A stretch of DNA of 64,000 nt, taken from assembly GCA_964016885.1 (NCBI GenBank), contig OZ024746.1, positions 85,746,001-85,810,000 of the forward strand, in the 5' to 3' direction. Under the pieces are notes generated by a model that was given only the letters and a program-made list of their open reading frames with translations, did no database searches and had not been told where the DNA came from. Source of the DNA: Eledone cirrhosa (lineage: Eukaryota). Positions 1-12,660 of the stretch are shown piece after piece. A program made the translations under genes and the position numbers. Within the stretch, counting starts at the first letter, position 1, and every line of letters begins with the position of its first letter.

Positions 1-3000
1 AAACTCGGTCGCAGTAGGATTTGAACTCAGAAAGTAAAGGGACGCAACTAAAAACCGGGCGACGATTTAAGTCCATCGAAAATAGATGCCGTCTAATTGA
101 CGAGCTTCCGAACAGTTTCCATCGATCAAGGTTGGCTCACAAGACTCAGGTCGACGCGAAGCTACGGTAAGAATTATACTTATCTAAACTGCCGTGCAGT
201 TGCATCTAACATAGGACGGCGTGATTGCATAGCGACCACTCAGGCATAATGCTTCGATGTTCGAATATTTCTACAAGAATATTGCCCACCCGCTCTATAA
301 AGGCTTGCTACCTCTTTTGACCACTATACTACCAATTGTAGTAATCTACCGCCAAGGAGTTATTCATTTTCACCATAGGCACAAGGCTAGCAAATTTAGG
401 AGAGAGTGTAAAGTCAATTGAATCGACTTAACTTCTTTATTTTGTTGGCCTTCGGAAAATGAGAGGTAAAGTCGGACACATCGGGATTTGAACACAAAAC
501 GTTCGAATCCCGCCGAGTATACTGACAAAAAGAAACTTTATAACCAGAGGGGGGGGGGGGCAACAAAATAATTTTAAAAAAAAACAGAAGAAAGTTTAAA
601 AGCGGAAGTAAATAACAATAACAAATGAGATTGAGGGAAATACACTTTAACTAGTAACTACAAATAAATACTTTCTATTCGTTGAACATTTTAATTATAA
701 ATGCAGTGTTCTGCCATTGCCTTTTCTATGTAACCAAGTTTAGAAACTAAAATCGATAAGCCAATGGTGATCTGCTGTCGATATAAATTGGATCGCCGTA
801 GACGCTAAGCTTAAGTTAAAGCGCCCTCTACTATCTCTCACAATACAGGATAATTTCATGTGATAAGAATTTCCTATGTTTTGGGTAGATCCATACGGCA
901 GAGAAAAAGAGTGTTGGTAAAATAGCTCTTGATGTTTATTTTCCCATTCATTCTCAATCATCGTCTGACATAAATATTAAAATAGGGCCTTCAAGGGAGA
1001 TGACTCTTCTGTTATTAATTTTAGTCCTTTAGACTATCATTTACTTGAGTAGCTAGTTTTATTTGAAAAATCGTTTATACAGCAATAGTTTGTTTTTTTT
1101 TCGCTTATTTCTATCGATAAATTGTTGGTTATTATCCATTATTTTAATTATCCATTTGTCTTGCAGATTATCCATTAACAATGATAAACAAAAGATACGC
1201 ACACTCAAAAATGAAAGGGGAAAATTAAAAAAAAATTAAAACATTAATTTACGCTAATAATTATTTATTTCTCGTGTTATATAAAATGATGAGAAACTGT
1301 CATTCATTTTATTATTTGTACTTTTTTTTTTTTTCTTCAAATATTTCTAATGATGTGAATTAATTCTAAGAACACTAGCCAAGAAACAAGTCGCTATGTT
1401 AACTCCCCGGCGGACGACGAGAATAATAGTCACACACATACATAACCATTTGCGTCATTGTGTTTGTGGGTGTCAAGAGATATACTGGTTTGTTACACGT
1501 GTCATTCGGTGAGATCGGGAGAACGTGTTAGTGGTGGTAGTGGTTTGGAGAGGAACGTGGATGTTCTAAACTGAGATGCATTAACAGTAAGTGAAATTAG
1601 TTGGCTTCTAATGAAAATCGAAACTGGAAGCTTGATTCTCGGTTCCACTGTGCTCGTAACTACAACGAGGATATATTGATTTCTTCTATTGTCACAAGAC
1701 CAAACGAAGGGTAATATGAAATCAGTAAAGAGCTGTTCTGAGTTCAAATCCTATCGATGTCGATTTTATTTTCCTTTACTTCCAGAGTCGATAAAAATAA
1801 CAAATATAGAGTCGATTCCGATGAGTAATCTTTTTCCTTGCAAATATTAAAACCACAGCCCCCATATTCATACGTGTGTGTCTCTCTATATAATTATATA
1901 ATTAGCTATGTTGTAAGAAACTGAATAAATATAATTATATAAACTCTATTATCAACACTGAATTCTGCCTCCTTTGTGGATTACCAAGATCACTTTTTTT
2001 TTTTGTATTTTATGCGATATTTTATTTACAGTTGTGTGTGTGTAAATATATTCGTGTATAAATAAGAAAGTAAGCGTACACACACACAAACAAACAAACC
2101 GCGTTTTGTATGTGGAAAACATATCTTTAGTAGTATGTGGAAAACATATCTTTAGTAGAATGTAAAAAGTTTAGAGATAAGACAATTTAATTAGATGGTG
2201 TCAATTATTTCTGGAGTTCAACCGTGGACGACAACAAACAGGTGCTATCACATGTTACACGGGAATGTTGTGTATATGTGAGAGAGGAGGTGAAAGGAAA
2301 GGCAATGTGTGCGAATAGAACGCGTTTTAATTTGTAGAACGACCCTTAGTCATTTTGTGGATTTGTAGAAACAGTTGTAGTAATGGGGAGGGGCCGAACG
2401 TGTAAATATGTGAAAGCATGTAATTGTGGAGTTGAGCCTTCGGCTATTTATGTGTTGTAGTCCGTTAGAAAGAAAAGTTTCTTTATTTATATGAACGTAT
2501 GGATACGTAAGTGTGTGGGCTGGTGAGCGTCATAGAGAAAGGAAGGGCAAGCGCGAAGGAGAATGAATGTATGAATGTGTCTAATGCGTATGCACGCTTA
2601 CATATCAGTAAGTATTGTGTGTGTTTACGTGAGAATGAAAGAATGACAAGCATCAGAGAATCTCTGATGAAATATTATGAATGTGTGCGGAGGTTTGTGT
2701 GCTAACGCCTCTCTCTCTCCCTCTTTCTGAATATTACAAACCACTATATGCGCATATGTATATATATATTACGGAAGTAATCATGTGGTTGAATTCAAAA
2801 CATTTCTGAATTTGCCAAGATAACTACAGCTTATATAATTGCCCTTGATATTATTATTGCTGTTACCGGTGGTGGCTGTGAAGTATTTTATTTGGTATAC
2901 ATATGAAGCTCTAAATCTACTAGAAGGACAAGTAAAATTGTATGTGAATCAAACCTTTCTCTTGAAGGACTGACAAACGAAATCAAATAAAATTCCTCAA

Positions 3001-4139
3001 CACCGTTTATTTACTATATTTTTATTACTTAGTCAGGAGAATGGACAGTGCCCATGACCCCTTTTCAGGGACATCCAAGACTCGTAAGTGGGACGAAGAG
3101 AGAAAGGTATCCTCAAACCAGAGACCTGACCTATGTGCTTGCAACAGAGTAAATCTGCTAAAGGCACCCAATGGCCAGGTGGTGCTGTTCAACCAAGTGA
3201 TCAATTAAGTCTCCCACCCAAGTCCGGAGTGACTGTACTTACCAAAGATCACATTCATATTTCCATTAAAGTTTTAAACAATTTAGATTCAAGAGTTCTC
3301 TGTCTTACCCTTCTTGACAAAAATTGTCATTACAACCAAGTGTTTTATTTCAATTGATTAAATATTATTTGGGGGCTCAATGTATGTTAGCCAACACTTT
3401 ATGCCTCTGTTTGTGAGTGTGGAATGAAGCAACATAAGGAGGATGACTAACCACACACCTACCTCCACCCTAAACCTGAAGAAGTAGAGGGGTGATCAAC
3501 ACTTAGGCTCCACCTCCTGCCTGCCAGTATACTTCTGAATAAATGGAAAATTAGGAAGAATATTAACTACTGAACTTCTTGTACCCCCAACACTTTTCCA
3601 GCCCAGGAAAGCCTGGCACACTCTAAAATGATAGACACCACCCACTCACACAATTACTCCAAGCAATATATAATGCCCCTTTTTAGACCATCAAGGGAAG
3701 CCAGCACACCCAAACAATATGTCAGACTCTATCCACTTGCTTCAAGGCCACCCTCATAATCCCAAACCCAACAGAAATGTCTCCACATCCCAGCACTCAC
3801 TCAAACAATGTTAAATTCAGAGAAATAAGGCAGAGACAGTAACAGCACACCCACAAAAATAAATCAACTGAGCTGCAAGTTGCTATTAGAATTAACCAAA
3901 ACACCCATGACCTGTTGGGACACGTTCACTTAAAAATAATTTTTAGATAATTATTTTAAAATTATTTTATAATTAGAATATACAGACATGTCTCGCTTTC
4001 AATCTACTCTCTCTCAACCACTATCTCTTTCTCTTTCTCTATTTATGAAGGTCCCCAGAAAAACCCCGTATCTTGAGACATTCTAAACACATGCCCATAA
4101 TATCAGAGCTGTGATCTCTCAATTTGGAGAAATAGCAGC

Positions 4140-4550
4140 TCTACCTAGAGAATTAGATTAGATGTAATTTAGTTTGGATTTTTGCTTGGGCAGTGTACCA
4201 ATAATGCCTTCTTGGTGAGACAACTGAAAGAATAATTTCCAGCTCAGAGTAAATCTCTTTAGCTAGCATTCATTGATTTGGAGAAAATCTTTAACAAGGT
4301 ACCACACATTCTACTCTGGTCATCTTTAAGAAATGAGGCTAAAAAGCTATGTATAAAGATGTTGTCAGTAAAGTGAGAATTAGCGATGAGTTCAGTGAAA
4401 AATTTAGTGTGTAGGTAGGTGTTCATCAGAGCTCAATCCTAAGCTTTTTTCTGTTTATCAAACTCTCCATGTCATAATAGAAGAGTTTAAGATGAAGTGT
4501 TTGTGGGAACTCTTGTATGCTGATGATGTAGTTCTTATAAGCTAAATCTG
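4140..4550 (+). mobile_element. RTE RT-core fragment
   Basis: AFIDLEKIFNKVP, VGVHQSSILS and ELLYADDVVL remnants. Confidence 0.82.
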
Positions 4551-4559
4551 TGATTATCC

Positions 4560-5040
4560 CTGATTCTCCAGTGGCTTTTCCTTTCTTCATATTCTAACTA
4601 GCCTCTCTAACCATATAACTGTTATCTTCAATAGCTGGTCCGCTTGCCACAGTACAGTTTCCACATTTAACAAATTCTCAAAATAACATTTCCATGCCTC
4701 TTGCTTCTAAGTATTTATATTATTTCAGATAAACTTTTCCCCAACAATGTCATGTTTCACGTGGACACACAGCTATGCAATCTGAAACACATCATGCTGT
4801 TGCTCCTCAAACTGTTAAACAGTGGAAATCAGTAGATGGTGTCTAACATATTGTTGGGTGTGCCTCGCTTCCCTTGACAGTCTAAAAGGAGCGTTTATAT
4901 ATTACTTTGTAAACTTGACACCTAGCTTCTTTTCTATACTACTTGATATTATTTGCTTCCCCTTTCTGCCAATTTATTCAGGCTTATCTATCAGCTTTTT
5001 GGATCTATCTACAGTACTATTCTATGACCAGGTAACCTGT
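4560..5040 (-). mobile_element. RTE fragment (endonuclease-RT linker), antisense
   Basis: Minus strand reads QVTW..., EARCQVY, HDIVGEK, EAWKCYFENLLN and MKKGKATGES, matching 50590-51055. Confidence 0.72.
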
Positions 5041-5215
5041 CTTTATATTTTGATGATCAAAATAATCAAGATTTATGAGTGGTTTGGAGAAATAACTAAC
5101 TTTCAGCTTACTTATAAAAGACTAAAATGTAAAATTATCTGTCATAAGATTTTAGTCTAAGATTTGAATTGAAATTTGAACACTTTAATAGAAGTGGGTT
5201 CAAATGCATTGGTGT

Positions 5216-5368
5216 TTAACCCTTTAGCATTTAAACTGGCCATATCTGGCGAGAATTCTCTCACCTCTTTCTGTTCAAGCAGACTATAACTGGCTGCTCA
5301 TATTGATGTTAAGGTATTGTTCTCAAAATAAATAATATCAAAATCTCATAGATTCGATATTATGAGAT
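5216..5368. mobile_element. TTAA MITE, truncated copy (opposite orientation to 24736)
   Basis: TTAACCCTTTAGCATTTAAACTGGCCATATC followed by the shared body. Confidence 0.75.
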
Positions 5369-5744
5369 CAATTTTGCCCTTGCTCCAAATTTGCAGGCAT
5401 TGGGCCTAAATTAGAAAACAATACAGTCACCATCATTGTTAATATTCTTTTTTTTTGCCAATGAACACTTTTCATAAGACAAGGAGCCTGTACATAACTA
5501 ATCTTACTCATATTTATTTCCATCAACTTTGACAACCAACAACAATTGATGATAGATCCTCAATTGGTTTCAATGATAAACATTCAATTGTTTTATCAAC
5601 TGAGCATCCGATTCATGAAGTATTTGTTGAACAGAACCTTTGCTTGTATTCAACTCAAATGCAAAGTTTCTAGCTATCATCTTTGAATCAGTTTCATTCA
5701 GTAATTTCACCAACAATGTGTTCTCCTTAGTGTGAATGCTATAA

Positions 5745-6315
5745 TGACAAAATGGCTAAGAAGTTTGCTTCACAATCATGAGATTCTAAGCTCAATCCCA
5801 CTGCATGACACTTTGGTCAAGTGCCTTTATCATTGCCTCTGGTTGATCCAAGCCATATGAGTAGATGGCAACTGTGTGTAAGACAATTGGAGGGATTATA
5901 TCTGTAATTCAAAGGTCCTTCTTTGTCACATACTCTGTTATGCTGTTTCCTCTTCAGTATTATATTAAGGTAATAGCATAACTAAGCAGGAGTGGGAGAG
6001 TTGTGATGGTGGTCCATCCTGGGCAAGACATTCATAGGGGCGGCACTTTCGGGTCTGTTGTGTAAGCTTATATATGATTATAGAACGGCGAGGAATGGGG
6101 GTTGCAATTCCAGAGACTTCTCCAGGTGTCACACATTCTAACTAGTTATGCCAGTGCATTAGAGGTACATGTAACATTTGAATACTTAATCACTTACACA
6201 TTAATTCATGAGTGAGTTGGATGCTCAGTTAATCGAACAACTGAATGCTCATTGTTGAAACCAATGGAGGACCCACCTTCAATAGTTGTTGGTTGTTAAA
6301 TCAAAATTGATGGAA
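5745..6315 (+). mobile_element. CORE-like tRNA-derived SINE (family B)
   Basis: TAAGAAGTTTGCTTCAC...TCAATCCCACTGCATGACACTTTGGTCAAGTG...GTAGATGGCAACTG. Related decayed copies at about 100-250(-), 21135-21265(+), 25130-25260(+), 34755-34850(-) and 50030-50140(-). Confidence 0.62.
5971..6156. mobile_element. Possible hAT-type MITE nested in a SINE
   Basis: Ends TAATAGCATAACTA and TAGTTATGCCAGTG are imperfect inverted repeats. Similar flanks ATTAAGG and ATTAGAGG may be a decayed target duplication. Confidence 0.45.
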
Positions 6316-6759
6316 ACCAATTAAGGTTTTCATCACCTACTAACCTTCTCTTATGTATTTCTTGAGAGATGTTGCTTCACTGCTTTAAACTTTCTACAAA
6401 TTATAAAAACTTTCGTCTGTTCCTTTATCTAGCTTATCATAAAACATTTTGTCCAAATAATTATTGTAATGAGAATATATAATCTTCAAGTAATCATTTT
6501 ATTTTTTATCTTTGTACATTGTACTCTACTTAATTATTAAATTATCTTTGCACACTGTGCTTGAATTAATTATTTCTTCTTTATTTATCACACAAACATT
6601 ATATGCATACAGACATACATGCACACACACACATATGTGTATATATATATACACACATATATATATATATGCATGTGTGTGTGTATGTATGTGGGGTGGG
6701 GGTGGAGGGCATACATATAATGGTAGTAGGGTGGCTAGCATAGACAAATACAAGAACTT

Positions 6760-8690
6760 GTCAGTAATCAACAAACGATTGCAAATTCCCTTTCAGGTAC
6801 TGAGAGCTATTACCAAAAATGATCCAACCAGCAAAACACTTCACCCTACTGTAAGATAACACAACACTAAGTAAAGAACAAAAAGAACTCTTACAGACGA
6901 CTTCAATGACAGAGACATCATCATCCTGGCAAATGACTTCAATGGGCATGTTGAGCAGCACCAAGATGGCTAGATTGGAGTGCATGGTACTAATAATTAT
7001 AACTAGAGAAATGAAGAGGGATCAAGGATTCTTGAATTCAGTGATGTAAATGACCTATTTGCAACAGGAAAATAGCCTACTAATCAAGCAAGCATGCAAA
7101 CCAGATTGACTTCATGTTTGTTAAAAAAATGAGATAGACAGATGGTTATGAATACTAAGCTTTTACCCTGAGAAGAATGCACCACTCAACACAAATTAGT
7201 GACATCAGAATCAGAAATGCAGAACAATCTGGAGAAGAAGAGTATGGAAGCTAAAGGTTGTCTCTGTTAAATATTGGTTTGGAAAAGATCTACATGATGT
7301 GTATGATGAGAGGGAGGAGGAGGAAGAGACATTTAAGATATGTATGATATAGAGGACAGTTAAAAGTTTCTATAGAGCAACCTGCTTCAGGCTAATGATG
7401 AGATCTGTGGCTGGAGGAAGGTACCAACCAAACAAAAGGTGATTTGGTCGTGGAACAATACTGTAGAACAACAAGTTTACTTAGCATGTAGAGAAAAACA
7501 GAAAGCAAGAGGTTTGCCAGTGTGCTGTGATGTGAGGACCTACATTGTGAAGTGTTCTGCATTGTGAAGCAATGGGTCAGTGTGAATTTGGATGTCATCA
7601 GGGAGAAGTGTGTTCAAAATGACTCCAGCTCACTTAGCCTCATTGATACTCAGAATAAAGAGGTCTGAAAATGGTACTATGAGAGGTTGAAAAATGTGAA
7701 GAATGAGTGAAAGGATGAGCAGGTACCACCAGTAGACTCAACAGAGGGACCAGCTATTGAAATAGATAGGGTCAAAGAAATAATCACAAAGATGAAAAAT
7801 GATAAGGCTGCTGGACCGCCAGAGATGTCAAAATCATACAGGAAAAAAGAAACTAGGCTATTAATTGTTACAAGGGAAAAGGTGATGATCTAGAAAGGAG
7901 CAACTATAGAACCATAAAACTGATAGATCAAGTAATGAAAGTGACAGAAAAAGTGTTAGCAGAACTAATTATGGAAAGAGTCGAATTAGATAGGATGCAG
8001 TTTGGTTTTGTGCCACATCAGAGCACTACAGATGCCCTATCTTTAGTGAGAAAACTACAAGAAAAAGTCCAAGCTTTTGTAGATCTGGAAAAGGCTTTCG
8101 GGAGAGTACTATGATCTGCTAACTAGTAATTATTAAGGAAACTGGGTGTAGATGAGTGGCTTGCAAATCATGTACAGATGTAATGTCAGTAAAATGAGAA
8201 TAGGTTATGAGTTTTATAATGGAATTCAATGTGCAGGTGGGTGTTCATCAAGCACCCTCTTGTTTACTATATATAGTTCTCCAAGTCATAACAGAGGAGT
8301 TTAAGATTGGTTGTCTACAGGAACTTCTCAATGTCTATAAGAAATTCTGATTTTTATAGCTGAATCTGTGGAAGAGCTTGTGAAGAAATCCTTACTGTTG
8401 AAACAGAATTAGAATAAAAAGGACTCAGTGTAAACTTAGCAAAGACTAAAGTTTTGATAAGTAGGAAAGAAGACAAGTCTCTGATTCCATCAGGTAAGTG
8501 GTTGTGCTTGAAATGTAGAAAAGGAGTGGGTAAGAATTCTATATGATGTACATAATTAAAGTATGTGTACACATGAGGTGTAGTGGGATTGTATGCAGGT
8601 CAACAGAAAAGATAGACTTTGCATGTGGCAGATACACAGAAATAGTGGGTAGTAAGAGCAGCAGTGAAATAAACTTTTACCAATCCTGGA
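6760..8690 (+). mobile_element. Older degraded copy of the same RTE lineage (endonuclease-RT-PHD)
   Basis: Remnants NDFNGHV, RNEEGSRILEF, KAAGP, YKGKGDDLERSNYRTIKL, MQFGF, DLEKAF and KWLCLKCRKGVGKNS. Colinear with 50232-52217; many stops. Confidence 0.88.
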
Positions 8691-8959
8691 AAGAATGCCC
8701 TTCCAAATGCAAATCACATTTCATTTACAGTGTGGACTGGGTGCTTTTTGTCGTGATACCAACATGACCACGTTACAGTATAGACTGGATACTTTGTGTC
8801 ATGGCACCGAAACCATACTACAGTGTTGGCTGGGGATTAGTGTGGGAATGGTGCATGTATATATATATATATATACTTGCGTAATGAGCTGTGGATATAT
8901 CTATATCTATTATCTATATACAAAGTATATACATAAATATTGTCAGCCTTCCTTGTATC

Positions 8960-9650
8960 TGTGACGGTGCCTCTGGTAGCTGGCAAGGCTGATTTTTGCA
9001 AAGAAAAATTGTCCTCAGTGGAGGCCTTGATTGGAGTAGGTGAATTTATTCTCCGCAGTTCTCCAACGATTTTCCTCAAAATGTTCTGCACTTGATATTG
9101 ATAAGATGACACCATGATGCTCTGTTTTCTGTGTGTTCTTCCCAGGACTTAGAGTCAATGTTGGTCCTCTTTATTGTCTGTTTCAATCGGTTTTTGTAGT
9201 GTTGAATGGGGAAGCCATTTGATCTCTTGTCTGTGCTGAGTTCACTGTAGAAGATTTGACATGGCAGTTTTGTGCTATTCGTGCAATGGATATGACCTAT
9301 CCATTTAAGAGGAGGTTTGATGATAATGGCCTCAATGCTGTGGGCATTTGTCCGTTTAAGAACTGCAAAGTTGCTTACATGCTCCTTCGATTTGATACTC
9401 ATAATTAATCAAAGTTTCTGTTGATGAAATCATTCTAGTTTTTGAATATCACAGCAGTACAAAGTCCATATTTCACAACTATAGAGTAAAGTAGAAATAA
9501 CCATGACTCAATACACCATGAGCTTGGTTTGTGATTTCAAGATTTTGTTTCTAAAGACATGATGAAAGTGTTTTTCAAAGGTGACATGAGCAGCTTGGAT
9601 CCTGTTCACGACAGCTTTCTTACATTGTATGGAAAGGATGCTACTGAGCT
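8960..9650 (-). mobile_element. Second RTE lineage (BovB/AviRTE-like C-terminus), 3' fragment
   Basis: SIEAIIIKPPLKWIGHI...LPCQIFYSEL...KRSNG.P...YKNRLKQTIK...SWEEHTENRASW is a typical RTE C-terminal region. Confidence 0.8.
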
Positions 9651-9862
9651 ATTGGAACTGGTCTACTTGTTTCAATGGTGTATTGGAGATAATAATGTTG
9701 AAATCTGAAAGAATATGTATATATATCCTCATCATAGTCATCATCATTTAACATCTGTTTTTCCACACTTGCATGGGTTAGATGGGTTGTCACATTATGA
9801 GACAAGTCATGGTCTGGAGACCATAGCATGCTCATACAGATCTATATTTTGGCTTGGTTTCT

Positions 9863-11010
9863 ATGGCAGTGAGACATGGGCCTCGATTGCAGAAGAGCTG
9901 CAGATGTGAGAAGGAAATAAAGTGATCATGTTCTGGTGGATGTGTAATGATAATTTGCTTGAACAGCACAGCATAAGTGAACTAAGAGAAAAACTCTATA
10001 TATGAGGGGTCTGATGCAGTGTGCATGAGAGAAGACTGTGATCGTACAGACATAAAGATAATAGCAGTATAAAATGCAGGGAAATTTCAGTGCATCAAAT
10101 TCGTAGATGAAGACCTAGGGAGGCCTAAGATGAAGTAGCATTGACTGAATTTACGAAGCTGAATCTTCTGACAGGTGACAACACACTGCAAGGATTGGCA
10201 ACATCTAGATTTAGAGAAGACTTGCCTGCCAGCATAAAAATGTGACCTGACACCCCACCATTGTTCCTTATAAGCTACACTTACTGATACTATACACCCT
10301 ACTCAACACTTCCTCACCCGCTTAAACCCCATCCAGGATATACTTTCTAACCCCTTCTCTCCCTCATATCACTACTTGAACCCCAACATCGAATCTTTCA
10401 TTCCCCCACCTTATCATTTATCCATGATATACCTGTAACTCTTACCTTTTTCATTCTATTCTCAACCTACATCCACACCCATATGGTAGAGAGCCATCCA
10501 GTTGAATTTACGACTAACACACATCTTAGTACTAATGCCATAATAAAACATAACCATCGCTCTATAAAGTGATTGGAGATAGGAAGGGCTCTCATCTGTA
10601 GAAACCAAAAGGGTTAAGAGGGCCCTCTAGTCATGACACAACAACCTCTCTAGTGCTAGTGTCATGAACCGTGAGGTGGTTGGTGATAAGAGGAGCATCC
10701 AATTGTAGAAACTATTCCCCCAAAAGGGTCGTGAGGACTCTACAGTTGTGTCAAAGGCACAACAACCTTACTAATGTTAGTGATCCATATGATAAATACA
10801 CCCAATACTCTCTGTTAAGTTGTTAGTGATAGGAAGGGCATCCAACCATAGAAAACCTACCAAACGAGGTGGTAAGGACTTTTAGCTGTCTCAAAGACAT
10901 AACAACCTCTCTAGTGCTGGTGCCATGATAATATGCACTCAGTAGAGTGTGGCAACATATGTGAGATGTGGGCACTTGTCCTGTCTGAGAGGGTGCTATG
11001 ATAAAATGCA
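9863..11010 (+). mobile_element. 5'-truncated RTE 3' end with C-rich UTR and tandem ~120-bp UTR units
   Basis: GSETW, WWMC, LREKL and HERRL remnants, then a C-rich tract and about four copies of a TAAAGTGGTTGGTGATAGGAAGGGCATCC-like unit. Confidence 0.8.
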
Positions 11011-11170
11011 TTTGGTAGAATATGAATTTATTTGTAAGCTAGATGCAGGCCCCAAGCCCATCTAAAAGGTCAGTATCTCTGCTTAAGTACTGACTGGATC
11101 TGTGATGATCTGTGCAACTCTTATTAGCTGAGAAAATAGATGCTAAACAAGCACACACAGATATATATAT

Positions 11171-11548
11171 ACATCGTCATCATCGTCGTCGATTAACGTC
11201 TATCTTCCACGCTAGCATGGGTTAGATGGATTTGTCCCAATTAGAGGCAAGTTAGGTCGGGTGACCATGTCTCGCTCATATAGGAGAGTTTCTGGCTGGA
11301 TGCCCTTCCTAACACCAACCATATTGATAGTGCGTGCTGGGTGCTTTTTGCACTGTAAAGTGGTTGTGTAGGCGTCATGACAAAAAGCACCCAGTACTCA
11401 CTGTAATTGAGGTTGGCATTAGGCCAAAATCAATTCTGTATGAGCTATAAATGGTCACTTGACCTAGCATTGCCCACAACAGGGTAACTTGTCTAACCCA
11501 TGCTAGCATGGAAGGATGGACATAAAAGGGTGACGATGATGATGATGT
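11171..11548. repeat. About 380-bp imperfect palindrome made of two RTE-type 3' tails
   Basis: Arms 11171-11350 and 11381-11548 are reverse complements (CATCATCGTC...CTTCCACGCTAGCATGGGTTAGA...CTGGGTGCTTTTTG) around a 30-bp spacer. Confidence 0.85.
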
Positions 11549-12660
11549 AACAAGGTACTTCTGACAACAAAGGGATTCTCTCTCACAAGGAAGGTTAGAC
11601 TATATGATACCTGCATGCGAACTGCAATGCTAAATAAGATTGAAGAAAACCTGCAAAGGCTAGAAAGAAATGAAGTATACTCTGGTAGATGTGTAATGTT
11701 AGTGTGCATGAACAGCATAGCATAAGCCAACTGAGAGATAAACTTGCCATAAGAAAAACTGGATGCTGTGTGCAAAAGAGAAGACGGTGTTGGTATGGAC
11801 ATGTAATGCATATGGAAGATGATAGATGTTTAAAGAAGTACAGAGAAATATCTGTGGAGGGAACTTGTGGAAGAGGCAGATTTGGGATGATATAGTAAGG
11901 AGCAACCTTAAGATAAACCTTATAACAGGGATGAGAAAGGACTGTGAGAAGTGGTGACATGTTGTACTGGAGAAGACATGCCCTCCAGTATAAACTGTGG
12001 CTTGATCTATCCATGTGCCCCTTCCACTAGTACTCTTTAGTAGTTATCCTAGCCATCACAGTACACTCTCATCCCATCACATCCACACTCCTTAGTAACT
12101 ACTTCTCAGAACATTACACCAGTTATAACGCCTTAGTAGTTATCATCACAATAACCCCGCCTCCCACGCTATTAGAGGTCACCCTCACCCAACCATACTT
12201 ATCACCCTTCTCTCCATTCCTACCCCCGGAGGGTAGCGAGGGCTCTGCATTTGAATCAATGACCGACAGCCTCTCCAGTGTTGCTACCCCCAATAGAATA
12301 CACCCAGTGTACTTACAAAGGACGAAAAAGCTATACAAGTACATCTTTTTAAGATGGTTGACGATAGGAAGGGCATCCTGTAGTAGAAATCTCGCCAAAA
12401 AGGATTGAGGGGGTTCTTCAGCTGTATTAATCTCTCTAGTGATGGTGATCTACGCACATAGTACGCGCTGTAAAATGGTTAGTGATAGGAAGTGCATCCT
12501 GTCGTAGAAAAGCAGCCAAAAAAAAAAGACATGACAACCACCCCAGTGCATATGCCACAATAAAATGTCTACGGTAGAGTGCAGAGCTGACTCGTTTTGT
12601 GAATAACCGTCTAACCTTTGCTAGCAAGGAAGACTGACGTTAAATGATGATGATGATGTA
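11549..12660 (+). mobile_element. 5'-truncated RTE 3' end with (GAT)n tail
   Basis: LLTTKGFSL, RLYDTCMRTAML, WYGHVMHMEDDRCLKK and GTCGRGR; UTR units; GACGTTAAATGATGATGATGAT tail. Confidence 0.87.

Noticed and set aside
6512-6859. 115-aa ORF and its antisense partner
   Set aside because: Built from CA/TA/GT microsatellites plus the start of a decayed RTE.
10530-11010. Regularly spaced repeats resembling a CRISPR array (also 33015-33395)
   Set aside because: The intervening sequences are homologous to each other, the units sit in an RTE 3'UTR, the context is eukaryotic and there are no cas genes.
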